From: a bacterium | Lineage (GTDB): Bacteria; Hinthialibacterota; Hinthialibacteria; Hinthialibacterales; Hinthialibacteraceae | Length of the DNA: 56,578 nucleotides | Assembly: GCA_963663405.2 (NCBI GenBank) | Contig: CAXXSM010000111.1 | Location: 1-56,578 of the forward strand | Direction: 5' to 3' | Shown here: positions 39,601 to 50,652 of the stretch, piece after piece | How positions within the stretch are numbered: the stretch's first letter is position 1 | How the letters are laid out: the number at the start of each line of letters is the position of its first letter | Position numbers and translations under genes: made by a program | Notes under the pieces: generated by a model | The model's database searches: none | Told to the model about the DNA's origin: nothing | Seen by the model: the letters and a program-made list of their open reading frames with translations, nothing else

Positions 39601-41121
39601 TTATTGACAATCCCCCACAACCCCCAAACCATCTAATTCCTCATACACCCAATACGGAACTTCAAGCAAATTTACCTGATCAGTTGTGTCGATGATAATC
39701 GTAATCGGCAGATTTGGATTATCCATATAATCAGGAGGATTCGCTGGTCCGTTGGTCATTACGGAATTATAAATTATGGACGCGATTCCCTGATCCCATG
39801 AAATATATCCCCCACTGTCAATCCCATTTCCACCGATACTGGGCGTTCCATTAAACAATAGCATCCAGATCACCGCCTGGATCTCATTATTGGAAGGCGC
39901 AAGAGAATCAAACGTGCCAATACGGTAATTCACCAACAGATAATTCACCAACGCAAAATGTCCGGGATAGTCAACCAGAGAACAGACCGATGTTTCGGAA
40001 GTGTAGAGACTCACATTGTCATACCACTTCCCCAGCTGAATGTCTGTCAACTTATCCGCGCACCATGCGGGATATGTTTCTTCTCCCCCCAACGCTGTCG
40101 CGGGAACAAACCGCGCATCGAAATACCCATTAATGCTTGGCCAATACCGCCCCCCCAATCCATCCCCATTCACGAGATAACTCATGTCAATCGATCCGCA
40201 CTCAAATGGATCCAAATTATTCTGTGGAGAGTAATAAAAACGGGAGCCAATTCGATTTTGTAGTACCTGAATAGTAGCCCAGTCATCGCAAGATAGATTA
40301 TTATTCCTAACATCTGCTCTTCCGATCCGTGTACACGCGATCAAACTAGAAATGTTCGTTAATAGATTGTCTGAACATAGTAGTGTCCTTATAACTTTAT
40401 TATGCGAGACATCAAGACTGGTTAATTGGTTGTTGAAACATTCGAGAGTAATTAAAGCGGGAACATTAGACAAATTTAGGTTGGTTAGTTGGTTGTTGTC
40501 GCAATATAGAAATCTTAAAGCAGGCATGTTAGAGAGATCGAGATTCTTTAATTGGTTGAAACTGCAATGTAGTTTATCGAGAACGGGATAATTATCGGTG
40601 AAATTAAGGTCTGTTAATTGATTGTAAGAACAATTAAAAAAACTTAAATAGGTAGCGTCAGGGATAGTAAGGCTTTTTAATTGATTTAAAGAACAGTCAA
40701 GAGAACGTAAATGGTTAGCGTTAGGGATGGTAAGGCTTTTTAATTGATTATTCTCGCACTTGATTCTATTCAATTTAGTATTGTGCGAGAGATCCAAATG
40801 TTCAATTTGGGTATAATTGAAATATAACGTAAGCGTGCCGGTAAAAAATTCAATGCCGGTTGCATTCTTAATATTAGGATTATAGCAGGAGAAGGGCCAA
40901 TAATTCGCCGCCGCTTCTGCGGCAGTAAAAGCGCCTCCTCGACGGACACCCATATAATTCTCCGCTGCTTCGCGGAAATACGGATCTGGAAAATTCTCTT
41001 CTGTATTAATGTTCTGCGTAAAAGAGAGATCGGCCATACACACGCATAGCAGAGCCACCGATACCGCCATGAAAATCCTGCGGCGATTGCGTTGAAAGAC
41101 ATTATTTTCTATATTCGGCAT
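39601..41121 (-). CDS. Single-module LRR paralogue with the same C-terminal thioester-domain-like region
   Basis: GAGGAG RBS before ATG 41121; one LRR module; last ~200 aa nearly identical to those of 34372..39240. Confidence 0.9.
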   Translation of the reverse strand: MPNIENNVFQRNRRRIFMAVSVALLCVCMADLSFTQNINTEENFPDPYFREAAENYMGVRRGGAFTAAEAAANYWPFSCYNPNIKNATGIEFFTGTLTLYFNYTQIEHLDLSHNTKLNRIKCENNQLKSLTIPNANHLRSLDCSLNQLKSLTIPDATYLSFFNCSYNQLTDLNFTDNYPVLDKLHCSFNQLKNLDLSNMPALRFLYCDNNQLTNLNLSNVPALITLECFNNQLTSLDVSHNKVIRTLLCSDNLLTNISSLIACTRIGRADVRNNNLSCDDWATIQVLQNRIGSRFYYSPQNNLDPFECGSIDMSYLVNGDGLGGRYWPSINGYFDARFVPATALGGEETYPAWCADKLTDIQLGKWYDNVSLYTSETSVCSLVDYPGHFALVNYLLVNYRIGTFDSLAPSNNEIQAVIWMLLFNGTPSIGGNGIDSGGYISWDQGIASIIYNSVMTNGPANPPDYMDNPNLPITIIIDTTDQVNLLEVPYWVYEELDGLGVVGDCQ

Positions 41122-41440
41122 AAGTATCTCCTCTAACAATACTCTTTTTCCTCCATTCGCCCCCCAAAACCAATGGACGGATAATTGAAAAAAAAGAGAT
41201 AGGAACGCTTCCAAGGGAATAGAATAACAAAATGAATTGTACATCAATAATTATATGTTGAGTAGGCGTATACTATTTAAATAGTGGTTAAAATTTCACG
41301 AGATTTGCCTCTCGATTGGGGAAAGGAAAAGTATTGCTTGATAGGGATTGAAAATTGAAATGGTGTGGTGCAAAATTGCTTGGAGATCAATTCTTTTCTT
41401 CTGTATTACTCTAAAATTGTGAAAATCAGAATTCTCCCCC

Positions 41441-41863
41441 CTAAAACTGCCGCTCAAAATGCTTCGGATTATACTCCTCCTTCGACCGGTCGATCCAGTA
41501 AGACTGGGCGTCTTTGGAAAAATTCCGATCGAGCGCGTCGCGACGAGTTAGTTTTTGGAATAAAGAGATGGGTGTGAAGATACAATAGAACAGAATCGAG
41601 AGGATAATCCGCGCATTGATCCATCCCAGCAGCTTTGCGAACCGCATCCACCCTTTGTGGATAGGCCGCAGCGCGGCCGGCGCGATCAGGCCGGGCAGCA
41701 GAAATACAATCCCCGCGATCCCCCAGAAGATATAAACCATCGTCCAATGCTGCCGCCAGACGCCGATCAAACTGATCAACGTTATCGCGATCGCCATCAC
41801 AATCCCAAACTTCCGGAGTTCTTTATCACTTAATTGAGGGGGCGCTTTCTTAGTCAAGTTCAA
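41441..41863 (-). CDS. SxtJ family membrane protein
   Basis: LRKFG, WMRFAKLLGWINARIIL, FTP, SYW; overlaps the carbamoyltransferase stop. Confidence 0.85.
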   Translation of the reverse strand: MNLTKKAPPQLSDKELRKFGIVMAIAITLISLIGVWRQHWTMVYIFWGIAGIVFLLPGLIAPAALRPIHKGWMRFAKLLGWINARIILSILFYCIFTPISLFQKLTRRDALDRNFSKDAQSYWIDRSKEEYNPKHFERQF

Positions 41864-43667
41864 ACTCCTTCTGCCAGTCGATATCGTCTTTCAATTCCGG
41901 CTGCTCTTTTTTATCCAATATACAGCGTCCGAGAACGAGGTAATCCATCTCGGTCCGCATGAAACAGGTATACGCGTCTTTCGGCGCGCAGACGATCGGC
42001 TCGCCGCGCACATTGAAGGATGTATTCACCAACACCGCGCAGCCGGTCTTCTCTTCGAACGCCGCGATCAGATCGTAATACCGTGGATTATCCACCCGCT
42101 TCACCGTCTGCACCCGCGCCGAATAATCGACATGCGTCACGGCTGGAATATCCGAGCGCGGCACATTCAGTTTATCAATCCCGAACAGTTTTTTCTGTTC
42201 CTCCGTCATCGGAATATGGCGGGATTCCTTCACCGGAGCCACAAGCAGCATATAAGGCGATTCCACATTGATATCAAAATACTCGCTCACCTTCTCCGCC
42301 AGCGCAACCGGCGCGAAAGGACGGAACGATTCGCGGTATTTAATCTTCAAATTCATCTTCGATTGCATCTTCGGCGAGCGCGCGTCACCAAGAATACTGC
42401 GCCCGCCCAACGCCCGTGGCCCGAATTCCATCGGCCCCTGGAACCAGCCCACGACATTTTCATCAATCAAGATCTGCGCCACAGTGGGAGTGAGTTCTTC
42501 TTCCGTCAGCGTGGTATAAGGCACGCCCAATTCATCGAGAAACGCCTGGCATTCCTCATCCGAATATTCCGGACCCAGCAGCGCCGCGTTCATCAGATCG
42601 CTTCCATTCTTCGAAGGAAGGGGATTGTCCGCATAGCGGTGATAAACGCTTAACGCCACACCCAGCGCGCCGCCCGCGTCCCCCGCCGCTGGTTGAATCC
42701 AGATCGATTCGAACGGCCCATCCCGCAGGATCTTCCCATTTGACACACAATTCAGCGCCACGCCCCCGGCGAGGCATAGATTCTTTAATCCGGTTTCTTT
42801 ATGAACGTGACGCGCCATGCGCATCATCGCCATCTCCGTCACGTCCTGCACGGATCGCGCCAGATCCATCTCACGCTGCCCCAGCCGCGTCTCCGGCTTG
42901 CGGGGCGGTCCCCCAAACAATTGATCGAACTTCGAATTGGTCATTGTCAATCCGGAAAGATAGTTGAAGTAATCCATATTGAGCCGGAACGAGCCGTCTT
43001 CCTTCAAATCGATCAGCTTATCCAGAATCGTCTGGGTATACTTCGGTTCCCCATAGGGAGCCAGCCCCATCACTTTGTATTCCCCCGAATTGACCTTGAA
43101 TCCGGTGTAGTATGTAAACGCCGAATAGAGCAGTCCCAGCGAGTGCGGGAACTTCGTCTCCCCCAGAATTTTGATCTCCTGCTCTTTGCCGTACCCAAAC
43201 GTCGTCGTCGACCATTCGCCCACCCCGTCAATGGTCAAAAACGCGGCTTCCTGATAGGGCGATGGATAAAACGCGCTGGCCGCGTGGCTCTCGTGATGGT
43301 CGCCGAAGAGGATCTTTCCTTCATAATCCATCGCGTCCCGGATCACTTTCGGTAGCCATAGTTTCTCTTGAATCCAGAGCGGGATCGCCATGATAAACGA
43401 CCGGATCCCCGCAGGCGCCACCGCAAGATACGTCTCCAGAATGCGTTCGAATTTCACAAACGGCTTGTCGTAGAACGCCACGTAATCGATTTCATCCGCC
43501 GCAATGCCCCCCCGCTTCAAGCAGGCCTCGATCGCGTTCGCTGGGAACGAGGCGTCGTGTTTCTTCCGTGTAAACCGTTCTTCCTGCGCGGCGGCGGCGA
43601 TCTTCCCATCGCGCACGAGGCAGGCGGCGCTGTCGTGGTAGAAAGCGGATATGCCTAGTATATTCAT
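41850..43667 (-). CDS. Carbamoyltransferase (NodU/CmcH family)
   Basis: MNILGISAFYHDSAA, EERFTRKKHD, HHESHAASAF, DGVGE, GEYKVMGLAPYG, EFGPRALG, NTSFNVRGEPIV. Confidence 0.95.
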   Translation of the reverse strand: MNILGISAFYHDSAACLVRDGKIAAAAQEERFTRKKHDASFPANAIEACLKRGGIAADEIDYVAFYDKPFVKFERILETYLAVAPAGIRSFIMAIPLWIQEKLWLPKVIRDAMDYEGKILFGDHHESHAASAFYPSPYQEAAFLTIDGVGEWSTTTFGYGKEQEIKILGETKFPHSLGLLYSAFTYYTGFKVNSGEYKVMGLAPYGEPKYTQTILDKLIDLKEDGSFRLNMDYFNYLSGLTMTNSKFDQLFGGPPRKPETRLGQREMDLARSVQDVTEMAMMRMARHVHKETGLKNLCLAGGVALNCVSNGKILRDGPFESIWIQPAAGDAGGALGVALSVYHRYADNPLPSKNGSDLMNAALLGPEYSDEECQAFLDELGVPYTTLTEEELTPTVAQILIDENVVGWFQGPMEFGPRALGGRSILGDARSPKMQSKMNLKIKYRESFRPFAPVALAEKVSEYFDINVESPYMLLVAPVKESRHIPMTEEQKKLFGIDKLNVPRSDIPAVTHVDYSARVQTVKRVDNPRYYDLIAAFEEKTGCAVLVNTSFNVRGEPIVCAPKDAYTCFMRTEMDYLVLGRCILDKKEQPELKDDIDWQKEFELD

Positions 43668-43762
43668 AATTCTCCAACGAAACCGGCGGAGTGGCCGTCA
43701 AACCACCTCCGCCGCCTGTGTTAAACTCTCGATAGAATGACCGGCCCCACACCGGTAAACCC

Positions 43763-43790
43763 ATTATAATCTCGATCCCCCAAGAATCAA
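43763..43790 (-). promoter_or_regulatory. Putative sigma70 promoter of the carbamoyltransferase operon
   Basis: TTGATT-16 nt-TATAAT on the minus strand, ~95 nt upstream of the ATG. Confidence 0.5.
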
Positions 43791-43864
43791 TCAAGCCGGA
43801 AGATACGTGTTTAAACAACGAACCAAACCCAACATCGTAATCCTGAATCTCTCTGTCTCCAAAG

Positions 43865-43894
43865 AAAAAAAAGAGGGAGCGATTCGCTCCCTCT
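43865..43894 (-). terminator. Rho-independent terminator
   Basis: AGAGGGAGCG-att-CGCTCCCTCT with an A-run on its left; downstream of CDS 43946. Confidence 0.8.
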
Positions 43895-43945
43895 GGTTTG
43901 AAATCAATAAAATGTGTCTTTTGATTTAATCAGCAGATTCTGTTT

Positions 43946-46408
43946 TTACTTATGAATCACAATATTTCCACCACCTAAGATTGTGGCTTCATCACTATAA
44001 TCATCCGATCCAAATTTGTTATCGTAAATTAATTGATCGGAATCTTTATCCCAAATTTTAATCCGGAACGCGTCATCGTCGTCCTTTAGATCACCGTCAA
44101 TCGCGGTTAAGAGAAAACCATATTCACCTTCACCGTTTATCGCCCCGATTCCTTTGAACATGGCTTTTGAACCAGCGACGACTAACCAATCATAGGAGGC
44201 GCTATGGAAATTCAGGTCCGCCACTTTGAAATGAAATTCCGTTTGTCCATCCGGCACAGTCGCGCCTTTTTTATATTTTGAAACAAAACCAAAATCGGCT
44301 TTCCCCGATAAACTTACATCCGGAATGTAAGCGCCTGGAGGAGATTCAATCCATCCACCACCCGTAACAAATTGACCTTCTGGATCATAGACGACTAAGT
44401 ATGATGTTTCAATTTGACTCCAATTATTAACTTCATCCACTCCATAGATGGAAACTTCATAGACACCAGGAGCCTCTATAGGTTCAACGGGAAGAGAAAC
44501 AGTTTCTATCGGGCTGTCATAATCTCCGTAAACTGTATCCATCCTTAGCCAAGATCCTGGATCATCAGGTGTAAAGGTCACATAAGCTCTTTGGATATTA
44601 GATCCGCCGGTTTGACTATCATCAATAACCGCAGATAGTGTTATATCGCATGTATTGACATGGATGGGATTGGATGAAAAAGAAATGTCTTTGACTAGTG
44701 GTCCATTTTCATCTAATAGAGAAATGTTTATATTTACGTCAGCGATTGCACAGAATTCGTTGGCGCCAATAGTACTGATAAGTTGGTAAGTAAATTGATC
44801 GCTACTAATAGGTTTTAAATCAGGAGTATACGTAAACGTTCCATCGTCATTCAAATCCACCGTTCCATTCGCAGGTTCGGAAATGAGATAAATAAACAAA
44901 TCGCTTCCATTGAGGACATCATTTGCTAAGACATCTACATTGACAGGAACGCCGGCATATGTGCTCGCGCAGTCATTATTCGCAATCAGAATTTCATCAG
45001 GGATGGACGCAATATCGAAAACATACACTTTACCATAATCCAGATTATTATTATCGGGGTTAGTAGATATTAAATGATCGTCTTTCGTGTCTCCAACCAT
45101 TACTGTATTTCCATCAATGGCGACACCCCTGCCATAGTAATCAGAATCATCATATGTATACCCGTCAGGATCGGCAAATTTTTGTTGTTCCACCCAAAGA
45201 CCGTCATTCTGTTGAGTAAAAAGATAAGTAGCGGGAACTGGTAAATCCGTGCCGTCACTCCAGTGATTTTCTACAGCATTGGCAACGATCTTGTCGCCTG
45301 AAAAATCTAAGAACTGACCAAAAGAATCGTATCCATTCACGTCACTGCAATGAATGACCTGGTGTTGATTCCATCTGCATCCATCATAATTAAAAACATA
45401 TACGGAACCGGGATGGGGTTCAGCTTCTTTGTAATTAAAATAGGTCCCTATGGCGACACGGCGATTGTTCATTGTCATATTATGGCCAAAACGTAAATAA
45501 TCTGTAGGTACGTCTGCAGAGAATTTTTGTTGAAACGTCCATACTCCATTGTCTCTTGTATAAAAATAAACGGAGCCAACTTGTGTCAATCCTTCAATTT
45601 CAGATACACCATCGGCAATTAATAGTAGATTCCCTTCCACTTCAACGGAATATCCAAAACCACCGGATGATGACGCGTCCGGCGCGACTATTCTTTGCTG
45701 TTGAATCCAAGTATTCCCTTCACGAACAAAAACATATGCGGCTCCCCCTGAGGGTAGTCCATCACCAGTGACCGCGTCGTCAGAATACGCGCCCACTACA
45801 ATGGTATCTTCATCAATATCAATATCCCTGCCGAAGTTTGCAAATTGCCTAAATTCTCCTAACGTGTTTTCGTTAGGCAGTAGTTTCGAAGTTTGATACC
45901 ATGTGCCTGAGAGATTCCGCTCAAAAACATAAGCGGCGCCAAAATCAGCGCCTATCTCATCATTCCCCAAGGCGCTAACAACCAAAGTATCTCCAAAAAT
46001 TTCTACATCATATCCAAAGCCTTCTTTCCTATCTCCCAAACGGGTATCATCTCCGCAAAGTTTTTGTTTTTCTGTCCATTCTCCATTATCATACTCAAAT
46101 ATATAAACACTTCCTGAGTTCTCATTATACATTGCCGTAATAGCCGCCGTATTGCCTTCTAATGCAATAGGACCACCGAAATAATCTAAACTAGTACCAT
46201 AATCACTTGCGGTCAACTCTTTATATGGTGTCTGAGAAAACGCTTCAAGGTTCCCAAATAAAAAAATCGAAAGCGAAAAAGTGAATATTAAGATGGTGTG
46301 ATAGAAAAAATGAATGTGTGATAACTGAGTCAGAGAGGTTTTACTGTCAAAACCAACATTACTACGCGAGTTTGAAAGGAAAAAGCGTATATTCAATCTC
46401 TCTTGCAT
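43946..46408 (-). CDS. Secreted FG-GAP repeat (beta-propeller) protein with cadherin-like Ig domain and C-terminal GGGWI domain
   Basis: Repeated FG..V.I.G.T.VVGA....G.[AV]Y[VI]F; VDVLAND...GTFTYTP; FVTGGGWI...LGGGNIVIHK. Confidence 0.85.
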   Translation of the reverse strand: MQERLNIRFFLSNSRSNVGFDSKTSLTQLSHIHFFYHTILIFTFSLSIFLFGNLEAFSQTPYKELTASDYGTSLDYFGGPIALEGNTAAITAMYNENSGSVYIFEYDNGEWTEKQKLCGDDTRLGDRKEGFGYDVEIFGDTLVVSALGNDEIGADFGAAYVFERNLSGTWYQTSKLLPNENTLGEFRQFANFGRDIDIDEDTIVVGAYSDDAVTGDGLPSGGAAYVFVREGNTWIQQQRIVAPDASSSGGFGYSVEVEGNLLLIADGVSEIEGLTQVGSVYFYTRDNGVWTFQQKFSADVPTDYLRFGHNMTMNNRRVAIGTYFNYKEAEPHPGSVYVFNYDGCRWNQHQVIHCSDVNGYDSFGQFLDFSGDKIVANAVENHWSDGTDLPVPATYLFTQQNDGLWVEQQKFADPDGYTYDDSDYYGRGVAIDGNTVMVGDTKDDHLISTNPDNNNLDYGKVYVFDIASIPDEILIANNDCASTYAGVPVNVDVLANDVLNGSDLFIYLISEPANGTVDLNDDGTFTYTPDLKPISSDQFTYQLISTIGANEFCAIADVNINISLLDENGPLVKDISFSSNPIHVNTCDITLSAVIDDSQTGGSNIQRAYVTFTPDDPGSWLRMDTVYGDYDSPIETVSLPVEPIEAPGVYEVSIYGVDEVNNWSQIETSYLVVYDPEGQFVTGGGWIESPPGAYIPDVSLSGKADFGFVSKYKKGATVPDGQTEFHFKVADLNFHSASYDWLVVAGSKAMFKGIGAINGEGEYGFLLTAIDGDLKDDDDAFRIKIWDKDSDQLIYDNKFGSDDYSDEATILGGGNIVIHK

Positions 46409-46635
46409 GATAAATCTCCTTGTCACTATGAAAAAATAACAAATAATTACTTCCGCTCATTAGAATAATGCAGTAATTAAGCATAGTCTAATTAAAAAGT
46501 AAAGAGAATGAACATATTTTATGATTAAAAGAATAAATACGTTACAAAATCATAGATTTCATCGATGGAATTTAGGGTGATATGATGTAAGGGAATAATA
46601 AAATTGAAATGCAGAGATCGTCTACTTATTAATAC

Positions 46636-48363
46636 TCACCGCGGCGTCACCCGCGGCCACCCCGTCTCAATCCCCTGCCCGCGAATCATGTTCTGGAAAT
46701 CCCGCAGGTGATTTTCCATATTCCGCACCCCACGGGGTTTCTCCTTTTTGCGCAGGCAATAGACCGCCAACATCCCGGCGGATTCACCAATGTTCCATTC
46801 CACTGGATGCAGCCGGAAGCATCCATTCGTGATGTGCGTCACACCCAAGTTCTTACAGGCTGGAATCAGGTTCTCCACACGTTGCGGTATCAACGCCCCC
46901 AATGGAATCTGGAAGGGAAGGGAACTGATATCAATGTAGTTATCTCCCCCCGTGCTGGGATGCAGGTCAATACGATAACTCCCCACGCCAACGGAATCTT
47001 CGAATTGCTCCGCCGTCACATCCTCCCGGCTCATTCCCGTGACCTGCATCCGCTCATCCGTGCCGACATGCTTTTCGAGCACGGTGAATTCCGCCTTGAT
47101 CCGCCGGGATTCACGAATATAGGGATGTTTCGCGAGACCATGCTCCGTCCCGGTGATATCCCCCCGCAGCCGCAGGCCGGGCCACCCGTTCCCCCCATCA
47201 TGACGCGGCGCCTCGGTCTGCATCCAATAGAACAGCGAAAGGCTCAGCTGCATCGCCTGCCGGAGATGGCGTTTCACATCCGAAAGAGGCGCCTCACAAA
47301 TATTCCCCAACATATAATCATTATGAGGCCAATTAACCAGCGTGATATCACTCGGATACGTTCCCTCCACAAAATTCTTCTTATGCGCGATACGCCGGTA
47401 ATGCCAAAATCCACGGTACGCATTTTCGCTTTCTCTAACTGGATCGCACATACGGTCCGTCACAGGCTTTAATGTGACTGGATTTGTATAGGGCCAATCC
47501 AACTGCTTTCCCGGCCACGGGGGACTCAATGTTGGAACGTATTCACGCCAAAAATCATAGTCATGAGGTTTTTCAATCGTATGGTCTTCCCCATCGATAT
47601 AGTCCATCGCGAAGCACCAAGTGACCGACTGCATGTTCTGCGGCTGCGCGGTTTCGGGCGCGTGCGCTTCCCCCGTTTCGCTTTGCGCTTCCGCGCCGGT
47701 TACATATTCGGTCCCTGTCAGGGGTAGCAAATCTCCCTGTTCGGTCGCGTCGATGATATACGGCGCATGAAGAACGAGTAAATTTCCCGTCTCCAAACTC
47801 TGTACCGTAATCGATTCCACCTGATCGCCCTCACTCGAAGCGGACACAGCTTTATGCCGTAAAAGAAGTGTCAATTGCTTCCCGCTGCGATAGGGAGCCA
47901 GCATCGATTCCAATACAGAGAGCGCCACGCGGGGTTCGTGACACAGCCGCGACACTCCCCCGTCTCCAGGATTGAGATGGATTCGCGCGCGGGCGTCCGC
48001 TGTTAGCGGATAGTATTGACGGTAGTACGCCCGGATCCCTTCCCGCAGCGCCCGGTATGATTGCGTCGCGCCGAACGATTCGATCCACGGATGCTCATCC
48101 GGTGGAACCGCTTGCTGCGTCATCTGCCCGCCGATCCAATCGGTTTCTTCGGTCATAATCACCCGCAGCCCATTCCGCAAAGCCGCCAACGCCGCCGCGC
48201 AGCCCCCCAATCCTGCGCCCGCGATCACTACATCCGCCGAAAGTTCCTCCGGCTTTCTCTGCTTAATAGCCCGTGACCGCCGCGAAGAATCCCCTTCCTC
48301 CCCCATCGCCACCATACCCGGAACAGCCAATCCCATTCCCGCTAAAAATTTTCTCCTGTCCAT
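46636..48363 (-). CDS. Tat-exported FAD-dependent oxidoreductase
   Basis: MDRRKFLAG twin-arginine signal; VIAGAGLGG; IDATEQGDL; PYIRESRR; RLHPVEWNIGE. Confidence 0.85.
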   Translation of the reverse strand: MDRRKFLAGMGLAVPGMVAMGEEGDSSRRSRAIKQRKPEELSADVVIAGAGLGGCAAALAALRNGLRVIMTEETDWIGGQMTQQAVPPDEHPWIESFGATQSYRALREGIRAYYRQYYPLTADARARIHLNPGDGGVSRLCHEPRVALSVLESMLAPYRSGKQLTLLLRHKAVSASSEGDQVESITVQSLETGNLLVLHAPYIIDATEQGDLLPLTGTEYVTGAEAQSETGEAHAPETAQPQNMQSVTWCFAMDYIDGEDHTIEKPHDYDFWREYVPTLSPPWPGKQLDWPYTNPVTLKPVTDRMCDPVRESENAYRGFWHYRRIAHKKNFVEGTYPSDITLVNWPHNDYMLGNICEAPLSDVKRHLRQAMQLSLSLFYWMQTEAPRHDGGNGWPGLRLRGDITGTEHGLAKHPYIRESRRIKAEFTVLEKHVGTDERMQVTGMSREDVTAEQFEDSVGVGSYRIDLHPSTGGDNYIDISSLPFQIPLGALIPQRVENLIPACKNLGVTHITNGCFRLHPVEWNIGESAGMLAVYCLRKKEKPRGVRNMENHLRDFQNMIRGQGIETGWPRVTPR

Positions 48364-48387
48364 AATCAACCTCAATCATTTTAATGT

Positions 48388-50233
48388 TCATTTCATTTCA
48401 GTAATTATATTCACATTCGTTTGAGGGATCGAAGCCAATTTCTCTTTAAGCGCTTTTTCACGTTGCTTAAGTTTCTTTGTATCGATGTTTTGAGAATCAC
48501 AAAAACGAATCAATTCTTGTAACGCGGTTAATGAATTTGGATTGGTCTCAACCGCTTTTCGATAACATTCCAACGCTTGTTGATACTTCCCATCCAGAAT
48601 GAATAGATTTTGCTTGATTGAATAGAGTGTATTGATGATTCGGATCGATTCGCAATGTTCGTTCAATGATTTGTTTCGCTTTTGTATGTTCTCCCAGCGA
48701 GAGGTAGACCAATTGCAATGTATTTAAATATTTCACATCTCGTGGGTGGGTCTTGACTTGCCTTTCCGCGATGGGAACAACGTTCTCCAAGCGCATCGAA
48801 TTCGAAATCATTACACGCAATAGAAAATCCACTTTCCCTGGATTCTCCAGGACAGAAATCACCGATTGAATATCAATCTTTTTTTCAATGAGCAGCGCGG
48901 CCGCGTTCTTCATTTCATCGTTTTGTATATATGTATACATCAAGGCAAGCAGAGGCCGGAGTTTCTGAGGCGAATAGTTCGCTTCCCGCTGCCAGAATGT
49001 TACTGGATCGGCAAATTCCATATTCCGTTTGACAGTGAATAAAGGATAAACAATAAAAAGCAGGCTGAAGGTATAGAGAATTACAGCATTCCACCTTCGC
49101 TTCCAGTGATAGAGACACGCAAAAACAAGAACTTCAATCATCAACGCGTAACCAATACTCGGTAAATACACTCTCCGTTCCGCCACTATATCATATAGAG
49201 GAATAAATGAAGACGTGGGGTCCAATCGTTATGAAAAACCATAGAATCCCATAAAAGAGCAGTGGAAAACGTTTTCTATATTGATATCCCAGAAAACCGA
49301 TTGAACCAATAACAATAAAAGACAATAAAATCCGGCTATCAAAAATAGTAGTAACCAGATCGAACTGAGGATCGTATTGTAAGTGAATGGGAATCAACAA
49401 ACGGGGAATATAATACGTTCCAATCACGGTGATTTGCGTTAAAAGATTGATATAAGGCGAACGTACTTCCGCGTCCGGTATAGAAAGAATCGAACCGCCG
49501 GTGAGATAGCGCAAAAAGAAAAAACAACATAAAACAATACCGAACGGCAGAAGCATTGAAAGAAGTATTTTTCTTGTTTCATATTTCCCGCTGACTTGAT
49601 TTTCTATCCAAAAAAGAAGAATGCACATAACCGGGAGTGTAACAATAATCTCTTTGGCGCCGGCGCCAAGAAAAACGAAAAAACCACACACAATCGATGT
49701 GAGTGAATAGATCCAAAACTCATTTTTTCTTACTCTTGCTCGATCGATCAACCGTTTCCATACATTCATACTTACAATCATTCCCGCCAAGAAGGCAATA
49801 ACCGCAAGAATGTTGGAGCGGGAAATGATATGAGAAACGGGCTGTGTATTGATCGGATGCAGCGCGAACACAAACGCGCCTATCCATCCATACGGAAAGC
49901 CGGCTTCATGATTACTATGGATGAACTTGAATACGCTTCTGATAAAATAGTAACATAGTAACGTTGCCGTAATGTGCAGTAGAATATTCGTGCAATGGAA
50001 TCCCCACACAGCCCCTTGATAGACACTCCAATCCACCATGAACGAAACTTGCGTCCAAAATCGTGTTCAACCAATATCCGGAAAAGCAACGATGGAATAT
50101 TCGTAAAACTTTTAATCGCTGGATTCCGGTAAATATATTGAGCGTCATCATAAAAAAAAAAAGAAAGAGAGCGCGCAAGGAAGGAATGGTAAGCGCAAAA
50201 AACGATCAAAGAAAGAAATGATAGAGAAATCAT
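48388..50233 (-). CDS. TMTC-like GT-C membrane protein with C-terminal TPRs; split by ~3 frameshifts
   Basis: YDD..YI..NP, FHCTNILLH, FALHPINTQPV, KE, AERRVYLPS and TPR motifs spread over four overlapping ORFs (49880..50233, 49191..50039, 48548..49225, 48388..48666). Confidence 0.75.
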
Positions 50234-50578
50234 ACGATATGAACGTATGGTTTTTTTAATAAACGGAAAGTTGAAGACAATGTCTTGGATAACTGGTCCA
50301 TATCACTCTATTTTCATTCTTTGATCAATTGATTTATTGTCAAAATCTAGATTATTTGTTAAGTGAGCACATTCCAATATATGAGCTCACTTTTTTGTCT
50401 AAATCAGCATGGGTAGCAAGGGCAAGGTTTTTCATCTGCCCTTGTATAATTCCATATTGCGTTTGTAAGGTTCAATTCCCGGCGTCATTATGCTTTCTAT
50501 TATAAATAATAGTATATAAGATTTCTTTTAAGAACTCACTTACCGGATGAACTCAAAATTTTACAAGTTTTTTGCAAT

Positions 50579-50622
50579 AAAAAAAAGAAGCGTTCCTGCG
50601 AATTTCATTGCAGGAACGCTTT
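50579..50622 (-). terminator. Rho-independent terminator
   Basis: AAGCGTTCCTGC...GCAGGAACGCTT stem with an A-run on its left. Confidence 0.8.
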
Positions 50623-50652
50623 CGTACAATCAACTGTTTGTTATTCGATCAA

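Noticed and set aside
41441-43667. Saxitoxin biosynthesis (sxtI/sxtJ-like pair)
   Set aside because: Carbamoyltransferase-SxtJ pairs are widespread outside toxin clusters; no sxtA or other pathway genes are here.
50455-50490. GGTTCAATTCC T-loop-like motif suggesting a tRNA
   Set aside because: No acceptor, D or anticodon stems can be formed around it.
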